Part shown: positions 11,217 through 23,922 of the stretch, one piece after another | Numbering within the stretch: position 1 is the first letter of the stretch | Layout: each line of letters begins with the position of its first letter | Source of the DNA: Oikopleura dioica | Lineage: Eukaryota; Animalia; Chordata | Direction: 5' to 3' | Assembly: GCA_907165135.1 (NCBI GenBank) | Contig: OU015569.1 | Coordinates: 1,922,001-1,986,000, forward strand | Length of the DNA: 64,000 nt | The notes under the pieces: model-generated | Told to the model about the DNA's origin: nothing | The model's database searches: none | The model's input: only the letters and a program-made list of their open reading frames with translations | Translations under genes and position numbers: made by a program

Positions 11217-14200
11217 ATGTCCGGACGAAGTGAAAGTCGATCCGAAACTCCTAGTGAGAAGGCGCCAGAAAAACCACAAGAAACGGAGAAAATGACTCTT
11301 CCAGAGGTTGTTGTCTCTTTTCTTTTAGTTTCTAAAGACATCTTTCAGGAGAGTAGTGCTCCACCTACTTCTGGAACTCAAGCTGCACCAGAAGCAGCGA
11401 AAAAGGAAACTCCGATAGAACCCTCGCTGGCTCCAAAGATTCCAGCTCTGCAACCGGGCTGGCCTGAAGGTCCCGTGTCTACGCCTAGCAACCCTAATTG
11501 GTCGTCACAACCGACAACGCAGCAGAACCCAGCGACGTCACAGTCAGTAGGTCCCAATTGGGACGTCCACGTTGATCAGTCAAAAGCGTGGGATAGCGAT
11601 GACAAAGGCAAGGCGCCGCCAGCCGCGCCGGGACAGAACCCATGGCCGACTACGTCCGCTTCGCCGGGAACTGACGTCTGGAACCCGTCCCGTCCGAATA
11701 GTAAAGGGATTTAAACACGAAGGTTTTTCATTTGAACTTTAGATTCAGCACAATGGGGGCCACCTCCGCAAGCAACGCAGCAGCATCCGCAACAATCTCT
11801 TCCAACCTCATGGCCACAGCATCCATCGAGTCAGCCGACGAACTCGACGCCAACGCAATCATTGCCCTCCAGTATGCCCTCAACGATCGGTAATACCAGC
11901 CAAATACCGCCGAATCCAGCAAATCCTAACTGGGGTCCGCCATCGCAGCACCCATCTCAGGTACATTTATTATACTCAATTTGAATTTACAGTCGAATTT
12001 TAGCAGAAAAGCCAGCAGCCGGCGCAGAATCCGTCCGGAAGCTCTGCTCAAAACTGGGGACCAGGCCCTTCGACACCCAGTCAAACAGGCGAGAACAGAT
12101 CCGGCCCATGGGGCCCTGGATCTAGCGGGGATGCTCCAGCGACATCAGTGCCTCAGAGCGCTGCTCCTCCAAGCTGGAACACTCCTGGAAGCACACCCAG
12201 TACATCGCAGCCACAAACGCCTAATTGGGGTGCTCAGGGAGAACCCAGAGGTTCTTCATCCAGTTGGGGAACGACAGGTAATTTTAACTTTTCTTTTATC
12301 ATTAACAATAACTTCAAAGGAATCGACGGAATCGGTCTCAGTTCTTTTGGAGACTCCCGTCAACTCAAATTACCAGGTTTAAATCTAGACGAATTCTTAG
12401 TTGACCAAACTGTTTAGACATTTCGCATCTCTCCGAAGAGCAGCAAAAGCTTATCAACAACAACGAGGGCTGGGGTAAACGGCCAATTTCTCAGAGCACT
12501 AAATGGGAAATCTCAGAATCAAGCCAGCATGATTCTAGACCGAGATTACCATCGCAGGCGACTGGAACTGAACTGTGGGATCCGAAAGTAAATAAGATTT
12601 TTTAAATATTATATCATGAATTTATCTCAAGGGCCCTGTGCATATGAACCAACGTGAACAACCGAGCGGTCGAAATCCAATGTGGCCACACGCACCTTCT
12701 GGTCCAGGCGAGCCAAGAGAAAGTTCCTGGCCCAGTAGCCACAATCATCCTGGCAGCGGCATGAGAGTATGACTGAAAACAAACTTCCCAAAGACTAATC
12801 ATGCGTTTCAGTACCCTAGCGACCACTGGCCTCGCGATCCGGTCGCCCATCAGCCCGTTCAACGGCCTCCATGGCCGTCGCAAAATCCATATGACTCGGT
12901 CAGTTGCTAAAATCATTCACAAAAGTTTAAACGATTTTAGGACTGGCCACAGAACAGATCACAGCATAACAATGATCCAAGCCCCTGGGATCCCCCACCA
13001 AGGTGCGTCTTTACACGACTTTCAGCTTCTTTAACCCGTTAAGGCCGTCTTATCCCAATCCTGGAGGTCGCGGCGGATACGGTGGTGGCCGCGACTGGCA
13101 GCATCATGACAAGAGACCGAACGAAAACATCAGTGGCTGGCCAGGCGATGTAGGCTTTATGTTGAAATGGGGTCCGGCATATTTTTTTCACGTTCTAACT
13201 TTAATACTTCTTTCACTTTTGTTAATTTTAAGCTTCTAAGATTATATTTGACGATACGTTTCGTACGTTGATGATCTTCAGGCTATTAAATCACAGGTAT
13301 AGACAGTCAGGCTTTTGAAATAGCTTTAAAGTAGTCCCATCAAGTTGCTTTTACATCTAGCTTTTCTTGATTACGCTCTTCGATTACTAATTAAAGAAAT
13401 GCCGTGCCCAAATGGGAAAACTGATTTTTAACGTTATTTAGTCGAGGAGGCCGAACCCCGGAATGCCGAACTATATAAATGTAAGATTTACTGTTTTTTG
13501 ATCATATACCATGATAACTTTAGATCTCTAATGCGTTGAAATACAACCTGTTACCTGGGAATATTCGCTCACAGATGCAAATGTGCAGCAAAGATACGCT
13601 CGAACAGCTCGACAGACTTTGCCAGATGCTCCTCTCAGAATGGGGCAAGCGAGAGTCACTTGCTAGCAACATGAATGTAAGTCCAAAGCTGTTTCTTTCT
13701 CGCTCCTACTGTCTTTTCAGCAAACTAATTTCACCTCGTATCAACAACGACAGCAAATTGAGCAAATGATTAACCATCATTCAAGCAATGAACAGGTTTT
13801 TGACTATCTGGAAAGAAACGAACTAACTATTTTTGAAGAAACACAGAAGCGATATTATGTCACTATTGAATCCCGGTTTTGGCGGTGGTCACCGTGGTGG
13901 CCATCCTGGAAGCAGGCCGTTCCCTCATATGCCAGACCCGTAAGAAATCTCTTCAAGAGTTCGTTTTCACACTATTTTCAGCGCTTCTAGCTTCCCACAG
14001 GAACCTATTTGGGGATTACCGAAAGAGACACCAAAGCCTCATGATCTTGACCCTGATATGCCGGTAAGAAAATTATTGAAGACTCTAAAAGAGCTGGATG
14101 AATTTCTTATCAACATCATTTAGCCAATTGGTGGTCTCAATTTGAACACTCCAAAACAGAGCGACGTAGTGATACCACCCGCGTTCGTTCCTGGACAGAG

Positions 14201-14513
14201 ATGGGAAGGTGCCAAACCTCAGATGGAGCTCGAAAGAAATAAACCAATCGGAGAGTATCAGCAGAGCATTCCCGCCATCTTCAAGAATACTCCCAGCAGG
14301 GTAAACGATCAACAGTGCTCGCAGCGTCATAGTAAACAATTTTAGGAAAGCAAATGGTCCGATTCTGCGACTTCGGACAGTCCAAGCTGGGGCAACTCGA
14401 ACATGCGCGAGATTTGGAGAGGTGGACCGCGGGGTGGAAGCGGCGGCCACTGGGCTAATCATCCTGACAGTAATCAGACTTGGGGACCGCATGGTAACTT
14501 CAAGCGCAAATGA
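11217..14513 (+). CDS. TNRC6: GW182/TNRC6 family miRNA-silencing protein, multi-exon
   Basis: Long S/T/P/Q/N-rich region with dispersed W motifs (PNW, GWGKRPISQSTKWE, GTELWDP), an M-domain-like segment ISNALKYNLLPGNI...TLEQLDRLCQML (about 13524-13640), a PAM2 motif PPAFVPGQRWEG (about 14175-14210), and a W-rich tail ending at TGA 14511-14513. Confidence 0.85.
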
Positions 14514-16802
14514 TTCAACGCTTTGAATGAAGCTTTTCAGAGTAAAAGACTCCTCCCCGCCTTGGTCTGACCCTAATACGCTACAAGTTCCTCTTGTCAC
14601 CACAAATCCATCCAACTTTAAACAAACTACAAAAAACAACACCAAACTTGAACTGCGATGCACGAACCCCTCGTCTCGGTGCACACCCTTATGTTTAATT
14701 AGCAAATACTCTGCCTAAACGTCTTAATCTCCTTCACTGCTAGAACCAGTCGTGAACCGCGAATTTGCTCAGCCAAAAAAGAGCTCACCTCGGCGAACTT
14801 TTTTCACTTTTGAAAATTCTTTCTTCAAATCTAATCTTCTTGGTATCGTAAAGCGTGGTTTCTTCTCGGTTTCGTGACGGTCCCGAGTCTCGATGAAGGA
14901 GGAGCTCATCCAGTCCCTCCCGATTCCAGCCAAAGACCTTTGCTTGTTCCACCGCCGCTTACCTCATAAATTTTTCGCATTTTATTTTAACCAACCGTTT
15001 CAGACCAGATAATCCCTAAGCACGGCCGTTCTACTGCACCCTGTACTACTTTTTCTACCTGGATTTTCTCAATTTTCCGGGGCTGCTTTTATTGTGCCTA
15101 CCTAACCTATCCGAAACACCAACAACCCAAACACACATCTTTCGGGCATCACTAGAACAACCCCACCAAGTTAGGCAAAATCAATTCTACACTCTAAAAC
15201 ACCCATTCTCGCTAATTGACAAAAACCCACTGACCCAACTCAAACCTTCCCACGAATTCTAACTCGATGCCCAGGACACAACTTAAAATCACCAAAAACC
15301 GTTCATTATAAATTCTCAAAAATTAAAAAAAACAAATTCTAATTCGTCGTCCAAGTGCAGTTTTCAACTGCGCGCTTTCAAGAAAAATCTCAATGAAATA
15401 TAAAATAAAATGCTTTTTTTTTCCATATTATTTTTTCTTGCTGGGGACGCGTCAAGTGAGCTCAACGTTCCGACGAGCTCAAGGGCTTTCTTGGGCTATA
15501 ATTGGCTGCCCCCGATCGCTCTCCGTCCTCGGTGTATATGCCCGGTTATCCCCGGTCGATTTATGATCCATTTATATAAACATGAAGTTTTGAAGCTGCT
15601 TTTACTGTAACGGGAGAATAATAAGCTGCCTCGCCTCAAATATTAAACTCCAGTTATACGCCCCGCATCCAGCAAAGTTTTCAACTTATTTCGTCTTTTT
15701 TTATTCAACCACATATATTTCTAACAATTCGGGCTGTAAGTTCCAAAGTTCGGAGAGTCGCTAAACCTTGACCGCGAAGATGCTAATAAAAAAAAACTTA
15801 AAGCAATCTTCCAGACATTGTAGTTCCATCTTTCAGATGGAGTGTCTCGTAGTGCGCCAAAAAATCCCTTGCCAATGTACTTCTGTCATTCCGAAGAGTG
15901 CTTCAGAAAGCTGTCTGCACTGGGACAACTCATCTCGTTAGTCTCGTGTTTTCGCTGCTCTCCTTACTTACAGTAGTTTGTCGTTTTTACAATTTTCAGT
16001 TTTTTACTCCCTGCGGATTGATCTGTTATCGAGCGTTCAAGCATGGTGAATTCTTCTTTTTTAAATTTCTTTAACGTTATTTTTTGCTTCGTAATCGTGC
16101 TAGGCCTACGTCCGTTCTCGTCTTTCCAACATTTTTCTTTTCCTCTTTTTCGCGCCAGTTGTTTTTCCGAAACTGTTTTTTAAAAAATTTCTCCTATTGA
16201 GACTTTAATTTCCCTACCTTGAATTTTCCAGTGCGGGTTTTGCCATTGATGACATAAGGTGGCTTCTCTGGCTCAGCCCGGCGCGCCCGCTACTGAATGT
16301 AACTTCAACCTTTTTTTCTATTTTTTAAATGTGCATTTTCGTCTTGCGACTATCTATAAAATCAAAATGAAATATTCTGCATTACTCGAAATGTTTGACT
16401 TGTCCTCGCTGCGAAAACAAATGAAAACATCAAAAATCGTTGAGCCTAACCCTGCCCTATCCAAAACGAAAAAGATTGAGCTTCAAACTCTCTGTGCCTA
16501 GTTCACCGACTTAACTGTAGCCCGGCCTCTCGGTCCCGCCCGAAACAACTGCAAACAGGGGCCACACTTTCCAAAGCCAATGCCTACAATTAATCAAGTT
16601 CTGCACTAACTTACTCACTCCTGAAGCAGGGCCCGTTCACTCTGGAGTTTCAAGCTATTTTTTCTTTGATTTCCGTTTGTTTCATTCGTCTGTTTCGCCC
16701 TCTCGTGGAGAAATATATATTTCTTATGCCATCATGTTAAACTGAAACTATATTCATACCCATTATCGCTTCCTTACGCTCCCCGCTTTCAGAACACTCG
16801 AG

Positions 16803-18114
16803 ATGGAGCCCAAAGATCTCAACCTCAAAGTCATGAGGATATCAAAACCGGTTCTTCACGAGCGCGTCCCGATTTTCTCAGAAGAAGACAACGATTTAGA
16901 AGAGTCTGATGCCTCTGGACTTAGTTCTGCTTATTTGATGCCGAACTCTGTTGGCGACTTTTATTTAGGAGAGCCCGCTCATTTCTTGCTATCCATTCAA
17001 AACATGTCTAATCCACCGATTCAGTTCTCCGATGTGAAGGTCACCGTCCAGGTATTTTTCTTTTCATAAAAATAGAACTCAGTCAAATTTTAAAGACAGA
17101 ATCAAGAAACGCCCCACGAACAATAAATGGCGACGTTGCAATAGGCGTACTAGCACCAAATGAGATTCGAACGACACAAGTAAAAATCGACTGCCGTTAT
17201 CCCGAAGAAATGAACATGCTTTGCGCAGTGGAGTACTCACGGGATGGACAGCCGGGCAACTATCGCCGCAAGTATTTGCTCCCAGTTCGAAAGCCTTTTG
17301 ACATTTCTTGGCAATGGACAGCTCTGGCGAAAGGGTCAGCAATGCTCAATGTAATCATCACCAACAAAGTTGTCGGACGTACTGTTCTGTTCCAAACTTG
17401 CGCGCTTAACAACAGTGCAGGGGAGAAAAGGTGCAACATCACAGCGCTAAACAGTGGCGAGAAGAAGCCTATCGAAGTGGACACGGTATTTTCAAGAGGA
17501 TTCATGGTTGAGTCTGTTGATGGCAATGATTTCACCACAGAACTTCTTTCGCTCGATTTGAAATGGTTGCCTTCAAATGGCCAAGTTGGACATATTCAGT
17601 ATTCGCAGATAAAACCAAAGGTATCGTGACAAATCAACTCGAGTTCTCTTCCATGATTTCAAAGGAAATGACTTCACAATCTCGCCAATTAGTTCAGACA
17701 TATCCTAATCTTCTTATTCAAGGTAGAGAAGAGGCCAAAGCTGGAACTTTCGATTCACAACCTGGACGATCAGCCTTTTCCACCCAAGTGCAACGAAGCC
17801 TTTTCATTTTCTGTGTTTATCTGCAATCAGACTGAACGCGTTATGGAAGTCGAAGTGCTTTTAGACAGGTTAACAAATATTATTCCATCTCATTTTGACT
17901 TTGATTTTTCAGTGATGAGAGCGAGTCGATCAAGTGGAACTGCGTTTCAAAGTTTGATCTTGGCAAGCTTGCTCCTTCTGCTCAAAAAACAGTTTCTCTG
18001 AGCGCGATTCCTCTTCTCAAAGGCTTCCACTCACTCCCGTCTATCATCGTCAACGATCACTTGCTGAATCAGACTTACGCCTTCCGCGATTTCTACCGCG
18101 TCCCTGTCTCCTAG
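16803..18114 (+). CDS. TRAPPC13: Trafficking protein particle complex subunit 13
   Basis: LNLKVMRISKPVL, LMPNSVGDFYLGE, and a C-terminal IKWNCVSKFDLGKLAPS...KGFHSLPSIIVNDHLLNQTYAF match recalled TRAPPC13. Stop TAG at 18112-18114. Confidence 0.9.
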
Positions 18115-18257
18115 TCAATTTAGAATTCGGAAATCAATTAAACCCGTCGATATCTTCATCTCTTTCTGTTTCATGCTCATTCTCATTCGTGCGCCGATTT
18201 CTCGCTGTAAATAATAAATAATTAACTTATTCGAAAGTCGCATCTTTCAGTTACACA

Positions 18258-19136
18258 ATGTACGTAGTTGTCATGGTTGGCCTTCCGGGCTCAGGGAAAT
18301 CAACTTTTGCTAAGCAGCTCTCTCAGGCATCAAACTTCAAGCTCTTTGAGCTCGATCAAGTTTTCGAAAATGATCCCTACAGTAAGGGCGATTGACAATT
18401 GACAATTTAAGCTTCACGGTTCAGATGAGAAGATCAATCGCCAATACGTGTTTGATCAGATAGAATCGCAATTCGAGCAATTTTCAAAAAATAACAAAGA
18501 ATTCGGATGCATTGTTGACGATCTCGGTCACCTACGCTCGATCCGGCGTTTTTGGTAGGTCTATGACCTCTTAAATTTCGTTGATAACTCTTCTGAGGTT
18601 CAATCTGGTCTGTGAGCATCAGGATCGTCGAATAATGCAGGGTCAATACAATATTTATGAGCATGATAGTGATTAAGATTGTCTTGATCCTTTTATCAGT
18701 CTTTATTGAAATAGCCACCCCCGCGCATGTATGTAAAGAAAGAAATGGCTTGAGAACACATCCGGTCCCAGCGCAATCAATGGAAAAAATTATCCAAACT
18801 TATGAATCGCCCGGAAACGAATACTTCGAGAAAAACTTAGTGCGCCTCCGCTCCATTGATTCCCTGTCGATCGAGATTGTGCTCCGTGCAATTCGTAGTT
18901 CTGTGTTCATCGAGCTTAGGAAGCAAGAAAAATGCCAGACAGAACAGAGTCAGCAGCACTTAGTTTGGGTTAAAGCATCCTTCTTTGTGATCAAAACTAT
19001 TAGCCATGTAAAGCCCTTTTGAAAGTAGAAATCGCCATTCGGAAAGAAATATCGGAACGAATTAAAAAGTGTTCGTCCCCCTCTTCAAAAAGAAAACTTG
19101 CCAGGAGTCTCAATTCGCTCAAAACTAGACTTTTGA
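18258..19136 (+). CDS. PSTK: L-seryl-tRNA(Sec) kinase-like P-loop kinase (3' end approximate)
   Basis: P-loop VGLPGSGKST, IVDDLGHLRSIRR (PSTK DDN.Y.RSMR-like), CKERNGLRTHPVP...IIQTYESP and HL.ALLKVEIAIRKEISE (C-terminal LH..D..LR..IS-like). Confidence 0.75.
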
Positions 19137-19242
19137 ATGATCCCTCAAACCTTTCTCTTTCCGATTTCAGTCGACTAGCTGACGAGTTAGATTAGGAAAC
19201 GCTGCATTTTAAATGAATTATTTAACGATTTCTTGAGCTAGA

Positions 19243-22200
19243 ATGGCAGACTCGGGCTCAAATCCTGAAGAGGGTTCGATCCCCAACGAATCGGTTCAAT
19301 CAGTTGGCCAGAGTTTCATCGAGCCAACAGGCGAGGAAATCAACGACACCGCCGTTATTGACAGCTTCGAGGACACTGGAAAACCGTCCGTTCCTGTCGA
19401 CGGGAACCAGGCCGCTGGACAAGGCGCTGCTCCACTACCAGGAGTGAGTGGTGCCGCCAATGCTACTAATACGGACTTTTTCAACCAGGTATTGGACTGA
19501 GTAATCTACTTGTTTAATCTATGTATTCGTGGTGCTAAATCAATTTCGCTCACTTTGAGATTCTTGAATCCAAGAATTTCGTGTTTAATCAGTTGTTGTA
19601 TTTGGAATAAAATCAGTATTCGTCCTAATTACTAAGTTCTTTGTTTCAGAAAGTTGTGTTAACAAATAATTTCCTTATCAATCTGTTTCTTCTCAAATTA
19701 GTCCTAGATTCGAAAAGAAACTACTTTACCAACCTCGAAATTCACTAATTCTCTAGAACGCTCATTTGCATTAGCTTTTTTCTACGCATTTGAATTGAGA
19801 TTTTCTTTTTTCTCCCATATTTGGAAAAAAAGACAACGAAATGGGGACAAGTGCGTCTCCAACAGCCCCGACGAAGACAGAGATTAAGCCGTCTCGTGCG
19901 GTTATGCACAACCGTTTTCAGGAAAACTCGTTGATTAAAGACCCAAAGAAAACAAGGCTCATCTCACCGACGATTCGACAACCTAGAGGAACTAAGAAGA
20001 TCAAGCCAAAAGTGTACATTCCAGTGATGATTGGTATCCCAACTCCGGTGCTCGTGAGGCCCGAATTCGACCCCGCACTAGATTTCAATTTTTACGACCC
20101 TTCTCTTTCTCCGCCATTGCCTAGCCCGTTCTTTGACTATGGTTACTCTTCAGGAATTGCGTCTCCTTGGAGCTCAAGTGGTTTCAGCAGTTCTACAAGC
20201 CCCTGTATCTCCCCCTTTTTTTCTCCTAAACCCTGGCACGCCCCGTTCCAGGACTCCCTCAACTCTCAAAACCCCTCACCTAAGAATGCATTTACACCAA
20301 AACAATCCTCTGATGCCGGTTTACTAGCTCCTACGCCTCAAATCGCCGAGAAACCAACTCAGACATTGAACCCGAAGCCCATTCCAATCGCCAAGACCAG
20401 ACCACCTCCGATTATCAAGCCAAAGCTGATTCAACACTCACAACCAAGAACAGCTCTTATTGTCAAGCCAAAGAAAGTTTCCAATCCTAAGCTTATTCCA
20501 AAAGCCACGCAAAAACCACCTCCTGCTGCCAAGCGAAGCTATAGTGCCAGTGTTCGAGGAGTTCAAAAACCCAGACTAAGCCCAGTAAAAGCCCAGAAAA
20601 AACTTACCTACAGCGACAGTGTCAAGCGATCTCTAACTGCCAACCCAGAACAAACCCAAAACAATTCGTACTCAGCCGGCAAACATTCCAATCCCAGAAA
20701 GGATATCAAGAAATCGTCAAAAGGGCAAGTTTATAAACCCCCACATCTCAAGAAGCGCGAAGCTGCTGAAAAAGCCGCTCAAGAGTCTGCCAAAGAAGCC
20801 GCCGAAAGAGCTGCTAAAGAGCCCACTCATGTAGCAGCCGAAGAAGTAAGAAAAGAAGACCCTATAGGTCCAGAAAACTCACCAAAGAAAAAAGAATTTT
20901 TGGCGCTTTGTAAACCCTTCAGGCAGCCGGAAGAACCAATTCTCTACCGCCGTGAGCCACTTCTCAAACCTCCGATGCCTGCACAAGCTCCCAGACAAAT
21001 GGGTTTCGGTGTAAGAACTCACCAATTAATGTCACCGTTCCAGTTCTTCCGCGAACGACAGCAAGCTGAAAAGAGAGGGGTTATTATTACTCCCAATTAT
21101 CGACAGTTATCAAGTTACTGAGATTTCGGTTTTCGCTGATATAAGATAATCAATTTGAATGACAACTACTTCAGTACTTTCCATAAAGAATTTAATTCTA
21201 TTATCTCATCAAAAGCCGTCATCTTCTTTTTTTTTCAGTTATCTCAGACTCTGAGTCAGAGCAAAGCGTTTTTTTTGTAAATTACCCATTTTTTTCATTC
21301 ACTGCATGCGATAATCAATCACAATTAACTAACATTCAATCTCCTAGCTCAGAGTGAGGCTCTCATGCCAATGATTTCTAGCTATGGTGAGTTAACGCCT
21401 TCCTAACTCAACTTTTAGCTGGACATGAGCACGCTGCTTCAAAATCAAGCAACTTTGAGCCTTTTGCAACAACAACAGCAGCTCCTTACCGGCCAAGCTC
21501 CAAACACTGCCCAAACAAATCAAGCAAATCTCTTGCTTGCTGCCCAGCTGGCTCAGCTTCAGTCCCTTATGCCTTGGGCTCCCGCAATGGCACAAACTGC
21601 TCCCCCAGCAGACTTGTATGCACAGCTAGGCGCTACTGCTCAACTGCTTAATCCTTTTATGGGCTTTCCAGTAAGTAAAAACATAAAATTTAAATTTTTT
21701 TCTTTTATGAAGAACTTATGCCAACTAATCTTCTTACAGGCTGATGGCATGTACAATCCGCTAGCAATGAATCCGATGACAGGATGGCCAGGCGCCCCGC
21801 AATCTCAAAACCATCGTCCATCGCAAAAGACTGCCTCTCAGAATGCAAAAAGCTCAAAGTCAGCTGGAAACAGAAGCCAACAGACGCCGAGCACTTCCGG
21901 CAAGTCGCCATTTGGCATGAGCGCGTTGGAGACTCAACTTATCGATATTATCAACGGACAAGCGCAGCAAGGAGAAGGCTCACAAAATGGCGAGGATACC
22001 GATAGATACTCGCGCAAGGTTTTTGTTGGCGGCCTCCCGGTTAGTTCACATTTTGATTTTCCTCCTGTTAAATATCGATTCTTTCCAGCCTGACATTGAC
22101 GAAGATGAGATCCAGGCGTCTTTCCGAAAGTATGGCCCCTTGGTTGTTGACTGGCCTCATAAAAATGAGTCTCGATCGTACTTTCCCCCAAAGGTAAAAA

Positions 22201-23321
22201 CATTTTTTTGTCAAGCTTTTTATCTAATCCTCAAGGGCTACGCCTTCTTGCTCTTCCAAGACGAGGTGTCCGTCCATGGTCTTGTGCAAGTCTGCGTCAA
22301 GGAAGACGACAAATTATTCACGACCATCTCCAGTCCCACGATCAAAGACAAGGCCGTTCAAATTCGACCTTGGAACCTAAGGTACGTATCAATATTCTGA
22401 TCAGCACTTTTCATCTTTATTTAGCGACTCAGACTATGTGATGGATGGTTCGGCGCCTCTCGACCCGAGGAAAACTATTTTTGTTGGAGGCGTTCCTAGG
22501 TAGATTTTTTTCAGTCAAATGAGCGTGGACTTTATTTGAATTAGGCCTCTGCGAGCTGTGGAATTAGCGATCATTATGGAGCGTCTCTACGGTTCTGTTT
22601 GTTACGCTGGAATCGACACGGACCCCGAACTCAAGTACCCAAAAGGCGCTGGACGAGTGGCCTTCTCCTCGCAACAAAGCTACATCGCAGCCATTTCTGC
22701 TCGATTTGTGCAGCTGCAGTACGGCGACATCGATAAGCGCGTAGAAGTAAAGCCTTACGTCCTCGACGACCAAATGTGTGACGAATGCGCCGGGCAGCGA
22801 TGTGGGGGCAAGTTTGCGCCCTTCTTCTGCGCAAACGTGAACTGCCTCCAGGTGAGTTGGCATTGAAAATCCGCCTTGTTCATTTGGGAAATCGACTCAT
22901 AATTAACTTTTGTACTGTACCTATATTTATTTAGTATTATTAATAAATATTTATTTATACAAGAAAAAAAAAACTAATAGCTTCATTCATTAACCTATGC
23001 ATGCGACTCAAGGCTAGTCGGTGCTCGTCACGTAATTCAGAGTGATTAAAATGGAATCCCTTTTAATTACTGAAATTGGTGATTTACAAAAAAACAAACC
23101 TTTCAATTCAAAAGAAATTCTTCATTGAATTGTAGTATTATTGCGAGAACTGTTGGGCGTCTATTCACGCACGGCCCGAGCGTGCCTTCCACAAGCCCTT
23201 GGTGAAGGAATCCACCTACACGAGGTCGAACAGGACCAGCGGGCAGCAGCAACAAGCGAGTGCCCAAAGCGCCGCCGCCGCCACCCAATCCCAACAAGCC
23301 AGCCAGTTCCTGCTCTCGTGA
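19243..23321 (+). CDS. CPEB: Cytoplasmic polyadenylation element-binding protein, CPEB2/3/4 (Orb2) subfamily
   Basis: RRM1 YSRKVFVGGLPPDIDEDEI...VDWPHK..S.SYFPPKGYAFLLF; RRM2 LDPRKTIFVGGVPRPLRAVELA...IDTDPELKYPKGAGRVAF; ZZ finger CDEC.GQRC.GKFAPFFCANVNCLQYYCENCWASIH. Q-rich N-terminal region. Exon 19243-19488 can splice in phase 0 to 21419. Confidence 0.96.
19841..21010 (+). CDS. Candidate alternative first exon of CPEB (390 aa, Pro/Lys/Ser-rich, disordered)
   Basis: Uninterrupted 1.28-kb ORF inside CPEB intron 1, with a strong phase-0 donor GGT|gtaaga at 21010/21011 compatible with the phase-0 acceptor at 21419. Confidence 0.5.
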
Positions 23322-23654
23322 AAGTCATTAGTACTTGATTCTTAAGTTCCTCATCAACTTATTTCTCTGCTAGCTCGTATTGACTTTGCTAGTTTTTAAT
23401 ATCCGAAGTCTTTATTTTTCTTCACAGCGGAGCACTCGTGCCCAAACCCACCCAAACAATTCATTGTCATACTTATTGTCAAGTATAAACCAAAAGTGGA
23501 TTGCCGAACAAATTTGGCCTTGCCAAATTTATACCGTCTTTGGAGCTATCTTTTTGGCTGCTAACCAAAAGACCTTTTACTAGTTTCGGACCTGTCTTGC
23601 TTTTAAAAGACTGTTTTCTAAGAACTGTTTTTGTTTTCATATATTTCTACTTAA

Positions 23655-23922
23655 CGCCGGAACGCATAAAATTTTTTCAACGACGAACGCAGATGGTACC
23701 AATTAATTGGTATGCCCCTTTTACCCCTTTTTGACAATGAAACTGATTAGCTCACTGTATAAATGATATAGATAAATGATTCTCAGACGCTAAGCTTCAA
23801 TTTCATCCCCATATTATACCGATATCATAACATAAATATGAGTAAATATGCGTATTGCCAAATGTGTTGAAATGGCATCGAAGGGCGCTGTACCAATTAA
23901 TTGGTCGCTGTGCGTTTCGGCG
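23655..23922. mobile_element. MITE with TTAA flanks downstream of the CPEB stop
   Basis: TTAA at 23651-23654 and 23923-23926. TIR CGCCGGAACGCA versus CGCCGAAACGCA (11/12). Subterminal palindrome ACCAATTAATTGGT at both ends. Confidence 0.7.

Noticed and set aside
15780-15990. Short Cys-containing frames between TNRC6 and TRAPPC13
   Set aside because: Under 50 codons, no coherent exon chain and no motif.
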